In this document: positions 54,330 to 63,598 of the stretch, one piece after another
Layout: each line of letters begins with the position of its first letter
Numbering within the stretch: position 1 is the first letter of the stretch
Source: a virus
Taxonomy: Duplodnaviria; Caudoviricetes
Reading direction: 5' to 3' (one strand)
Virus record (IMG/VR): IMGVR_UViG_3300028048_000106
Span: 1-64,000 of that record
DNA length: 64,000 nucleotides
Program-made: the position numbers and the translations under genes
The notes under the pieces: model-generated
Databases searched by the model: none
Seen by the model: only the letters and a program-made list of their open reading frames with translations
Told to the model about the DNA's origin: nothing

Positions 54330-55540
54330 AGTGATATTGTATCATAAAACATAAACTATTTATGTTTCAGCTTTTGTGAAGAGGGACAATAGGCTCCTCT
54401 TCGTAGAATGTTTATAGCTGCGTTAGTGTCTGCATCTATATCCAATCCACAAGAGCAGTGGTAGTGCTCACCTTCTCGGTTTGCCTTTATCACCGCACCA
54501 CATTTTGAGCAAGTCTGGCTTGTGTAAGCTGGATCAATCTTAGTCAACGTGAAACCTTCACTTTCACTAAGTGACTCCAGCTTGTCAATGACTTGCCTAT
54601 AAGACCAATATTGAAGCTTGTTGTTGACTGACTTGTAGAATGAAGACTTGTGCTTCACGTTCTTCAAGTCTTCACAAACTATGTCATAGTCTTGATGCTC
54701 TTCAACAAACTTCTTTGTCAGACGATTTACTTCATTTTCTTTGAATTTCAAGAGCTTTTGGTATTTCTTTGACCCTCTCTTCTTGTTTGTCAATCTCTTA
54801 TAGATGTCAATTAGCTCTTTTCCATAGAACTTCCCATTTGAGTCAGCAATCAACTTGTGGTAGCCAAGGTCAATTCCAATCTTCTTTTGGTTGTCTTTCT
54901 TCTTTGCATCTTCCTTTTCATATATGAAGTTCAAGAAGTACTTTCCATTGATTCTTTGCAATTGAACTGACTTCTTCCTCTTCCAGTCTTTGAACTTCAA
55001 ACTATGTTTATGGTGCTTGATTGGCAAGCAGATTGTCTTTGCTCTTTTCTTTCCTTCTTTGAAGATTGGCAAGAAAATCCTGACAAACATGTCAAACTCT
55101 CCATCATCACATTCTTCAATGTCAAAGAGATTCTCGTTCAACATTATTGAGATGTTCTTCAAGTCAAACTTCAGTCTCTTCAGATAATTGATGTTGAGTT
55201 CGTGGAAATGTTTGTCAGTGAAATTCTTGAACTTGTTGTTCTTCAAGCACCATCCAAAAACCTTCTTGTATTTTCCAAAGACTCTTTGTCTAAGATTTGC
55301 TAATTGACTTCTGACAATTTCACTCGCATTCTTGTATACAAGCTACTTAAAACGCGAATGCTTAATTGCACACTCTGGACAGTCTTTAGTTGATAGATAC
55401 TGCTTGATTGGCAACTGTCCTCTTTTGATTAGCTCAAGATAAGTCTTCAAAGATGACTCGTACAAAGCAAACATCTAGTCAAGATCATTTGTCTTAACTT
55501 GGTTACAAAACTTCAAACTATGCTTGCTTGTTCTTGTCAT
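54326..55540 (-). CDS. tnpB: TnpB/Cas12f-like RNA-guided nuclease (TAG-recoded, no TnpA nearby)
   Basis: RuvC IGIDLG, IVCEDL, DADTNAAINI; Zn ribbon CSKCG..CSCG; frame extends to ATG 55540 through two TAG. Confidence 0.9.
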
Positions 55541-55704
55541 ATATCTATTTACTCTTTAAGAATATGTTTCTGATATTCTTATTTACTCAAATCAACTGCA
55601 ATTCTTTGCATGATTTATGCTGTTTATGCAATTCAATTAGTTTATCGCTTTAAATACATTCTACACATGTGAGGTAAATAAAGACAAAGTAGAGGTCAAC
55701 AACA

Positions 55705-56205
55705 ATGTCAGTCTCAAAAGAGTTTCTAGAAGAAGCAGAGTTTGCAAAGAACAGAATAATGCAGAGCAATCTTGACACATCATGCAAGAAATCTCTGCAC
55801 CGTCTCGTGAACATATCAACTGAAGCAACAAATGGCTTGACTCTTGATGAGAAAGTGCAGAAGATAACAGAGGCAATCTGTGGAATGGTGTTCTCACAAG
55901 TCAACTTCCTTGACACAGTTGACAAGAAGATAGAGAATGCAAACAAAGAGCAGTGCAAGACATGCATTGCTATGAAGCATGCTACTGATGAAGAGAGCGA
56001 GAAGACAAAGCAATAGGTAATAGAAGAGTGGAAAAAACAGCATGGATACACTGAAGACAAAAAAGAATCAGAGAAGATGAGCATTCTTGACACAGTCAAA
56101 GCTGTGCTTGTGAAGCCATATGTCTGGCTGTTTGGTGCAATATTAGTCTTCAGTCCTTATGGTGTCTAGATAGTAGATGCTATACTGAAGTTCTTCAACA
56201 AGTGA
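55705..56205 (+). CDS. late protein with C-terminal hydrophobic segment (TAG-recoded)
   Basis: Read-through of TAG 56014 adds PYVWLFGAILVFSPYGV; GTAAATA at 55674. Confidence 0.65.
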
Positions 56206-56227
56206 ATTGCTTGACTAGATGAAGACT

Positions 56228-56254
56228 AAAGCCATGGAATTATTCCATGGCTTT
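56228..56254. terminator. bidirectional terminator
   Basis: AAAGCCATGGAA/TTCCATGGCTTT between convergent genes. Confidence 0.8.
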
Positions 56255-56284
56255 GCTTATGTAGATATAGATCTAGCGTGTGGC

Positions 56285-57220
56285 TCAATTCATTTTCTCA
56301 AGAACACTTTTCCAATAGGCAATTGCTTCTGTGATCTGCTTCTTTGTGTACTGCTTCTTAGTAGGCTTTGACTCATCAAGGCGCTTTTCATTGATTTTTT
56401 TCGATAAGTCATCAATATCTTTGTCAAATGCTGACTAGTTGAACCCTGCATCCTTGAGGATGCTCCGACCATTCTGTGTTATCAGGTACTTGTTGCCTTT
56501 ACTTGTAGCAACGCCCATGTCAACTAATTCATCTAAGATCTTGACTTGTGCATTGAAGTCTTCTTTTGATGCATCGCATATCTTCTTGATGTCATCTTTG
56601 CTAAGTCCATTGCCTTTTGTCTGGGCAAGAGATGTGAGCAATGCAATCTATCCATCATCTAAGTTCTTTAATGCATGCTTATTCTCAAAGTACTTCTATA
56701 TCTTATGGCCGCCATATGCTCCAATGCCAACTAATGCAAGCGCTGGAATAAGACCAGCTCCAAGCAAAGCAGACACAATACCGCCAGTAATCCACCCAAG
56801 TATTCCACCAATCCATCCTTCATTCAAGATCTCATTCGCATTTTCTTCTTCGTAGAACCTATGGCGACTGCCACCGTTATTCATTCCAAGGCCCATGCCT
56901 TTCATACGTGCATTGTTCATGAAGAGCATTGCTTTCTCAAATGCTGCACGAGGACTTGGATTCTGCTCTTTTATCTGTCCAAGACTGTAGAAGAACTTGC
57001 GTGTCCACTCTGTGTTCAGTCCAGCGTCATCAAAAAGCTCATGGCAGAGTGCAACAACATCTTCAAATGTGCGGCACTTGTTGAAACGCTCAAAGTTTGT
57101 TGTCAATATCTCAGCAACTGAGCCAGGGATCTTTGAGAGGTCTAAGTCATTGAACGACTTGAATTGGGCTTCATCTATGTTTTTGTCTGTCTTCATGTTA
57201 TGTCTTTCTTTGTAGTTCAT
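56285..57220 (-). CDS. late protein with central Gly-rich hydrophobic hairpin, possible ejected virion protein (TAG-recoded; start 57220 or 57196)
   Basis: Continuous frame to TGA 56285; GWIGGILGWITGG..VGIGAYGG; GTAAATA at 57249-57255. Confidence 0.7.
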
Positions 57221-57239
57221 GTTATGTCTTTCTTTGTAG
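57192..57239. repeat. perfect 24-bp tandem duplication spanning RBS and start codon
   Basis: TTCATGTTATGTCTTTCTTTGTAG x2. Confidence 0.9.
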
Positions 57240-57258
57240 TTGTAGATATATTTACTTT

Positions 57259-58071
57259 TTATGACACATAGAAGCACTGCGCTTTGCTCTCACGAGAGAT
57301 GAGCTCTTCTAGTATCTTGTCTTTCTCTTCTTTCCCTTCATTGTATATCTCTACGTCAAGAGTGCCACCGCCTAGAAGTGCTGTGCCCTAGAACTTCTTG
57401 CGTATTGTGCCAACGAGCATCTTTGCTTCTGCTAAAGCGAGGTGCAAGACTGTGTCATTGCCATAGTACTGCTCAAGTGGTGGCTCAGCATTCACAGTCA
57501 AGAGAATGAACCGGTCGCGGCCACAAGGATGTGGTTCAGGTATCAAGCGCAGATGCTGTGTGACTTTGTCAAACTCGAAGTCTGGGTTTGAGCCAGTCAT
57601 CTTCTTGCTGAGGTCATAGAACTCATGTGCATTGTGGTACAATGTCCACATTCCAACAGGGTTTGCATTGCCCATTCCATACATTGGTGACCCTTGCCCT
57701 TGGCCCATGTATGCATACATGCCAAAGAACATGTCTGGCTAAGTTCCAAATATTGCATCTCGCTGTGTTGCAATGTCTTTCACAGACATGATCTTGAACT
57801 CATGCAAGTCAAGCCCTTCACCCGGCTTGTAGTACTTGAGGTTCACAGTGAGATATGACTCTTGGTGGTACTCGTATCTTGAGAATATGCGGATTGCATT
57901 TGCTATGCATGAATTCAACTAGTTGTCATTCAACTCTACTGTGACAAGTGGATATCCAAGCTAAGTAAGAATCCAGTCTTTCACTTTTTCAATTGTGTCA
58001 ATCTTCTAGTTGAGCCATGTGTCATTTGGATCAATTCTGATCTCTGGCTTCTCTTTTACAGCATTCTTCAT
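57259..58071 (-). CDS. neck protein (T4 gp13-like), TAG-recoded
   Basis: ILT(TAG)LGYPLVTVELNDN(TAG)LNSCI vs T4 gp13 [38 protein letters not shown]. Confidence 0.88.
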
Positions 58072-58113
58072 ACATTGACTATTTACTTCAATGCATGTTG
58101 ATTTGCCTAGCTG

Positions 58114-58368
58114 TCATAGACTAATGCTTCCAAGCTATAAGTTTCTATATACTGTTCTGCAGCTTGGATATGCATAGCTATGCTGTGGCTGCCAATGATT
58201 GAATGGCACCCCATAGTCATATACACTTTTGAGATGGCTATACTCATCCCTAGTGATGATGCACTCAATGCCAATAAGGTCACATTTCATTCTAAACTCA
58301 TCATATGTTGATGTGCTTCTCAATGCATCTACCATTGCATCTATGTCATAGTCTACGCCATCTTCCAT
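58114..58368 (-). CDS. small hypothetical protein
   Basis: ATG 6 nt after TACAAT; TAG at 58135, next TGA at 58114. Confidence 0.55.
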
Positions 58369-58407
58369 AGAGATATTGTACTGCCAAAAAAGTAAATATT
58401 GACTACC

Positions 58408-59154
58408 ATGGACATACCATTCTATTCAGACATATATGCATTTCCGGGCCCTTGGCGCCACACATGCCATCCACATAGACCACACTTCAAGAGAAGTCAA
58501 GTTGTTGAGACATCTAAAGAAGTTGCAATAAGTGATGCCACTGGCAGTCTACGCTACACTGTCTAGCTAGTGTCATCTCCACTTGAAGATGGCCTTGGAT
58601 TCTAGGTGAGAGTTGTCCACCACTACCCCAATGGCACAGATGAAGATGTTGAGCTAGTGAAGACTGTCCCTGAAGATGGGACATACACCAGAGATTACAA
58701 GAAGATTGAAGATGCTTTCAATACATGTGTGCAGAGGTACAACTCTCTAGTCAAAGCTGAGACGCAAGACTTCAACACAATTGACATATACAAAGACAAG
58801 ATTGGATACAAGAAGACACATCCAGACTGCTGCATGTTCTGTGAGTGGAGCAGAATGCCAACACCACTTGACATGTGGCACAAGTGCCCAGGCTATCCAC
58901 ATCTTGAATGCCACAACCCAGACAATGAGTTCAAGTTCACATACATGGTAGATGATTTCCCTGGCTTTCCAAACAAGAACCACCATAGATATTGCCCAGA
59001 CAGTTGGCACAAGCTGCCATGGATGGAAGAAGACCCATTCAAGAGAAAGCCTCTTAGAGGAGATGAAGTCTTGAACAGGATCTTTCCACATGTTGACATG
59101 TTTGGAGTGTGCAATGGCTTCAAGAGAAGAGACAGTAAAATGCCTCCACATTGA
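58408..59154 (+). CDS. His/Pro/Cys-rich late protein (TAG-recoded)
   Basis: ATG 58408 in frame with 58606-59154; CCMFCEW..LECHNP..GVCNGF; GTAAATA at 58392. Confidence 0.7.
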
Positions 59155-59244
59155 TTGCAGAGGCATTGAGCAGCAGTATGACAAATGGCACCTATAGATG
59201 TAGGTGCCATTTCTGTCTATGCTATGCTATGCTATATAGGTCAG

Positions 59245-60435
59245 TCAGTTCTTCAAATAGTTGTCTACTTTGCTCTTGTAGTCACGCATTCCATAAGTCT
59301 TTGGCTGGAGGCTCTTCAACTCTTCAAGCAACTTAGTCTGCTTGCTGTCAAGACTGTCAAATGGCATGACTTTGAACTCAACAACTAGACTCCCTCTTGC
59401 ATCTTTTGACCTCACTCCTTGTCCTGGAAGCGTCTTTGTTGCTCCACTTGTTGTCTTTGCTGGCACATCAACCATCAGCTTTTCCCAAGGAGTCTGGACT
59501 TCAATCTTCCCACCTAGCGTTGCTGTGATGGCATCTATAGGCACAACAGTCTTCAAGTTCATTCCACTTCTTGCAAAAAGACTGCTTGGTGACACTGAGA
59601 TGCCTATGTACATGTCACCATTGTGTCCACCTTTCAGTCCACACTCTCCTTTTCCATGCACTCTAAGGCGTTGACCGCTATCAATTCCAGCAGGCACTTT
59701 CACTGACACGCGCTTCTTGGCATCAACTCGTTTCTGTCCATGGCACTTCTTGCACAGCTTTGCTGACACACCTTGCCCATGGCAGTGCGGGCATGGACTT
59801 ATTGTCTGAGACACCATAAATCCATTCCGCTGTGTATGGACAACTTGCCCTGTGCCATTGCAGTGAGAGCACTTAGTTGGACTGCTTCCTTTCTCTACTC
59901 CTCGCCCAGAGCATTCTGGGCATGGGTCACTCAAAGTCAAGTCAATGTCTTTGACACAGCCATACAGCGCTTCTTTGAATGTCAACTGCATTGCCATCTG
60001 CAAGTCACTGCCATTCTCAGGTGAGTCAAAGTCGGGCTCTCTACTGTGGTGTCTTCTACTTCCAAATCCACCAAAGCCAAATGGACTGAAGCCAGCATCA
60101 TCTTCTTCTTCAAATGGATTTCCACCAAAGTGCGCTCTAAACAGGTCAAACGGATTGAACCCAGATGAGCTGAAGCCACCTCCCATACTAGGGCCATCAA
60201 ATCCAAATTGGTCATATTGGGCTCTCTTGTCTTTGTCTGAGAGCACTGAGTATGCTTCAGCAACTTCTTTGAACTTTGCTTCTGCATCTTTCTTCTCAGA
60301 CTCGCTTTTGCCAACTTGACGGTCAGGATGGTACTTCAAGCTTAGCTTGTGGTAGCTCTTCTTCAACTCCTCATCGGTAGCATTCTTTCCAACGCCAAGC
60401 ACTTCATAGTAGTCACGTCTGTCTGCCATAGTCAT
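59245..60435 (-). CDS. dnaJ: molecular chaperone DnaJ
   Basis: J domain HPD, G/F region, four CxxCxGxG-type repeats. Confidence 0.95.
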   Translation of the reverse strand: MTMADRRDYYEVLGVGKNATDEELKKSYHKLSLKYHPDRQVGKSESEKKDAEAKFKEVAEAYSVLSDKDKRAQYDQFGFDGPSMGGGFSSSGFNPFDLFRAHFGGNPFEEEDDAGFSPFGFGGFGSRRHHSREPDFDSPENGSDLQMAMQLTFKEALYGCVKDIDLTLSDPCPECSGRGVEKGSSPTKCSHCNGTGQVVHTQRNGFMVSQTISPCPHCHGQGVSAKLCKKCHGQKRVDAKKRVSVKVPAGIDSGQRLRVHGKGECGLKGGHNGDMYIGISVSPSSLFARSGMNLKTVVPIDAITATLGGKIEVQTPWEKLMVDVPAKTTSGATKTLPGQGVRSKDARGSLVVEFKVMPFDSLDSKQTKLLEELKSLQPKTYGMRDYKSKVDNYLKN

Positions 60436-60755
60436 TTTTCACTTTCTGCGGCGTGCTTTTCATTTGTCTGTTGGCCATGCCCTGGATCTGCAATGATCTT
60501 GTTTACACGGCAAAATGACTCATCATCATTCTTCTGCTCTATTGAGTAGTCAATGATTGACAGCACCTGAGGGATGCCTCTAAGATAGACGCTCTTGAAC
60601 CAAAAAGCAAAAGACTCAACTGCTGCTTTGTCTTTCTTATCTATGATGAACTGGTTGCGGCCAGAGTCTTCAAGCACAATGACTGTGTCATGAAGCTCTA
60701 CTCCACATATAAAGCATGACCGAAACCGCTTAACTTTGTCACTAGTAGTAGCCAT
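60432..60755 (-). CDS. hypothetical protein
   Basis: ORF overlaps the dnaJ start. Confidence 0.5.
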   Translation of the reverse strand: MATTSDKVKRFRSCFICGVELHDTVIVLEDSGRNQFIIDKKDKAAVESFAFWFKSVYLRGIPQVLSIIDYSIEQKNDDESFCRVNKIIADPGHGQQTNEKHAAESEK

Positions 60756-60778
60756 ATCTATATGTATGAAAACAAAAC

Positions 60779-60805
60779 TTTGACTGGCAGTAACTGCCAG
60801 TCAAA
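60779..60805 (-). terminator. intrinsic terminator after dnaK
   Basis: TTTGACTGGCAG/CTGCCAGTCAAA. Confidence 0.75.
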
Positions 60806-60826
60806 GACATTTTACAACTTTAGGCC

Positions 60827-62791
60827 TCAAACGGTCTCAGCATCAACCGTTCCAGAGTCATTGCCCGTTGTTCCAGCACTGCCACTTGATGTTGATGCTC
60901 CACCCATGTTCTTGAACATCTCAGCAAACTTAGGGTCATTCTTCATCTTCTCTAAGTCTTCAGCAGAGAAGTTTGGCATCTGTCCATTTGCTCCAGCGGG
61001 GTAGATCTTCTTGACAACCGGCTCCCATGCCTTTGTCAAAGCATCAACAGCATCTTTCACCTTCTGGATGTCATCAGTCTTCATCTCTTCACGGACTTTG
61101 GCAATTGCATCATTGATGGCTTTCTTCTCATCATCTGTTGCTTTGTCACCATTGTCTTTCAGAGTCTTCTCAATAGAGAAGCACAGACTGTCAGCTGCAT
61201 TCTTCTCCATCACAACTTCAGCACGCTTCTTGTCTTCTTCTTCATGCGCCTCAGCATCGGCCTTCATGCGCTCAATCTCCTCTTTTGAGAGGCCAGACCC
61301 ATTTGTGATGGTGATGTGCTGCTCTTTGTTTGTCCCAAGGTCCTTTGCAGACACTGATATGATGTTGTTTGCATCAATGTCTACTGTCACTTCAATCTGT
61401 GGGACTCCACGTGGAGCAGGAGGGATTCCATCTAAGTTGAAAGACCCGAGCAGCTTGTTGTCAGCAAACATCTTGCGGTTGCCTGTTGCTAGACGTATTG
61501 TCACGGCTGGCTGGTTGTCTACTGCTGTTGAGAACACCTGTGACTTCTTTGTTGGGATTGTTGTGTTCTTCTCAATGAGTGTTGTGAATATCTGGCCCAT
61601 TGTCTCAATGCCAATGTCAAGAGGCGTCACGTCAAGAAGAAGGACATCTCCACCAACATTCTCGCCAGCAATGATAGATGCCTGTATTGCTGCTCCTTCT
61701 GCAACAACAGTGTCAAGATTTGCATTCTTGCTTGGCTCTTTATTGAACAGTGCCTTGACTTTCTCTTGCACCAAAGGCATACGGCAAGAGCCACCAACAA
61801 GGACAACATCATCAATCTCACACTTTGCGTCATCAAGCAAAGCTTTTACTGGAGCGTCAAGACGGTCTACAAGAGGAGCAGCTAGCTGCTCAAACTTTGC
61901 ACGTGTGAGCTCATACACCAGGTGCTTAGGGCCAGATGCATCAGCTGTGATGAATGGCAGATTGATAGAGTATGAAGGTGTAGTAGACAGTGCGCACTTA
62001 GCCTTCTCAGACTCTTCAACAATCCTCTGCATTGCCATTGGGTCATTGCTCAAGTCAATGCCATTGTCTTTCTTGAACTCTGCAACAAGCCAGTCAGCGA
62101 TGGCATTGTCGAAGTCCCAGCCACCAAGATGGTTGTCGCCATTTATTCCAATGACTTCAAACACACCATCTGCAATGTCAAGTATAGAGAGGTCAGATGT
62201 GCCACATCCAATGTCAGCAATTGCAATCTTTCCAGTCTTCTTCTTTGAAAGGCCATATGACAGACAAGCAGCTGTTGGCTCTGACAGCACTCTGACACAC
62301 TCCATGCCAGCAATTGTTGCTGCATTCTTTGTTGCTTCTTTTGCTGCTGCATTGAAGTATGCTGGAACAGTCACAACACACTTCTTTATCTCATATCCAA
62401 GATATGCTTCTGCATCTTTCTTCAACTTTCCAAGTATCTTAGCTGAGATCTCTTCTGGAGAGTACAGCTTGCCATCAATCTTCACTCTGCACTGGTTGTT
62501 TGGCCCTGCCACAACCTCATATGGCACGTTTGCAATCTCATCTTTGGCTTCATCTACTGTCTTTCCCATGAAGCGCTTTATTGCAAACACAGTGCGCTTA
62601 GGGTTTGTCACGCGCTGCCGCGCTGCTTGTGTTCCAACAAGAATCTCACCAGATGATGTAAATGCGACAACAGATGGTGTTGTCATGCTGCCAGTGTCCT
62701 TTGCTGGAATTATGATTGGCTTGCCTCCTTCAGAGATGGCAACAACCGAATTGCCTGTTCCCAGGTCAAAACCTACAATTTTGTCACTCAT
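60827..62791 (-). CDS. dnaK: molecular chaperone DnaK (Hsp70)
   Basis: GFDLGTGNS, TVPAYFN, EPTAA, VLLLDVTPL, PAPRGVPQIEV. Confidence 0.97.
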   Translation of the reverse strand: MSDKIVGFDLGTGNSVVAISEGGKPIIIPAKDTGSMTTPSVVAFTSSGEILVGTQAARQRVTNPKRTVFAIKRFMGKTVDEAKDEIANVPYEVVAGPNNQCRVKIDGKLYSPEEISAKILGKLKKDAEAYLGYEIKKCVVTVPAYFNAAAKEATKNAATIAGMECVRVLSEPTAACLSYGLSKKKTGKIAIADIGCGTSDLSILDIADGVFEVIGINGDNHLGGWDFDNAIADWLVAEFKKDNGIDLSNDPMAMQRIVEESEKAKCALSTTPSYSINLPFITADASGPKHLVYELTRAKFEQLAAPLVDRLDAPVKALLDDAKCEIDDVVLVGGSCRMPLVQEKVKALFNKEPSKNANLDTVVAEGAAIQASIIAGENVGGDVLLLDVTPLDIGIETMGQIFTTLIEKNTTIPTKKSQVFSTAVDNQPAVTIRLATGNRKMFADNKLLGSFNLDGIPPAPRGVPQIEVTVDIDANNIISVSAKDLGTNKEQHITITNGSGLSKEEIERMKADAEAHEEEDKKRAEVVMEKNAADSLCFSIEKTLKDNGDKATDDEKKAINDAIAKVREEMKTDDIQKVKDAVDALTKAWEPVVKKIYPAGANGQMPNFSAEDLEKMKNDPKFAEMFKNMGGASTSSGSAGTTGNDSGTVDAETV

Positions 62792-62875
62792 ATTTTGTTT
62801 CCTTTGTATTCAAAACAGTCATATTTGATCTATTTCATTTCTATAATATACTTGCCTGACTACTATTTCTGTTGG

Positions 62876-63325
62876 TCAATGGCTGACTATTTGATGGTAC
62901 TTCTCATAGTCAAATGGTGCATCTTCATCAATGATGCCTTTCTGCTTGAGCTCCATCCAAAGCTCGCACTCTGGAGTCAAAGAGTATGTTGCATCTGGCA
63001 GCACAAGGTACTTTGTGTATGCCATGCTGTCTCTCAGGCTGCTGTCATCCATTGACTCAGATATGACTGGATAGTACTCTCCATCATCTACATTGTATAT
63101 GACTAAGTCAACTATGCGTGGAAAGTCTTCATCATCAAGCTCATCACTTGGCAACAAAGGGTCAGGGCAGCCGTGCTCTTCAGCAACTTTATTGTAGATG
63201 GCATCTATGACTTCATCATATGTAAGGCTAGCCTCATCTTTGTCTAGCTCAACTTTGACATTGACTTCCTCACCACCGTATGGAAGCTCTACTACTGCTG
63301 CAAATGTTGTCTTGTTTGTCTTCAT
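62876..63325 (-). CDS. acidic hypothetical protein
   Basis: ORF track; ATG 6 nt after TACAAT. Confidence 0.6.
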   Translation of the reverse strand: MKTNKTTFAAVVELPYGGEEVNVKVELDKDEASLTYDEVIDAIYNKVAEEHGCPDPLLPSDELDDEDFPRIVDLVIYNVDDGEYYPVISESMDDSSLRDSMAYTKYLVLPDATYSLTPECELWMELKQKGIIDEDAPFDYEKYHQIVSH

Positions 63326-63494
63326 GTATACATTGTACTTTGTCTAGTTGGAAACTAAATCACAGTCAGTGCATCTAGACGCATTGTCAGTCTTTGGCTT
63401 CATCATCTACTGTCTGGCCAACTATCTTTGCACTGACTATCTTCCACTCTCTACTGCTGTCAAGCTTCTTCATTGACAAAAATCTCGCACCAAG

Positions 63495-63521
63495 ATCACA
63501 TCCTTTTAGGGAGTGATTCAC
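63495..63521 (-). repeat. IS200/IS605-type end hairpin upstream of second TnpB
   Basis: Reverse complement GTGAATCACTCCCTAAAAGGATGTGAT resembles the 23070 and 38003 copies. Confidence 0.6.
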
Positions 63522-63598
63522 GTGCGAGAAGAGTAAATAAGATATGAAACAACATTAAGTCAATAGATTTCCAAGTCAAGAGAGTAAATAAGATTGCA

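Larger units (their letters stand above)
7248..63337. promoter_or_regulatory. dispersed sigma70-type -10 boxes (TACAAT/TANNNT), mostly 6-7 nt before ATG
   Basis: + strand at 7248, 7752, 16801, 20097, 23190, 41461, 43154; - strand at 37971, 53706, 54341, 58380, 63337. Confidence 0.7.
8389..63590. promoter_or_regulatory. dispersed putative late promoter GTAAATA
   Basis: + strand at 8389, 18324, 22253, 25269, 33138, 36342, 38097, 42428, 44468, 47796, 55674, 58392, 63533, 63584; - strand at 55546, 55580, 57249, 58080; all just upstream of gene starts. Confidence 0.8.

Noticed and set aside
3028-59154. Mass pseudogenisation or sequencing errors in structural genes
   Set aside because: Interruptions are exclusively TAG, frames are preserved, and essential motifs are intact
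61011-62828. 605-aa + strand ORF
   Set aside because: Antisense shadow of dnaK, a well-known artefact; no motifs or RBS
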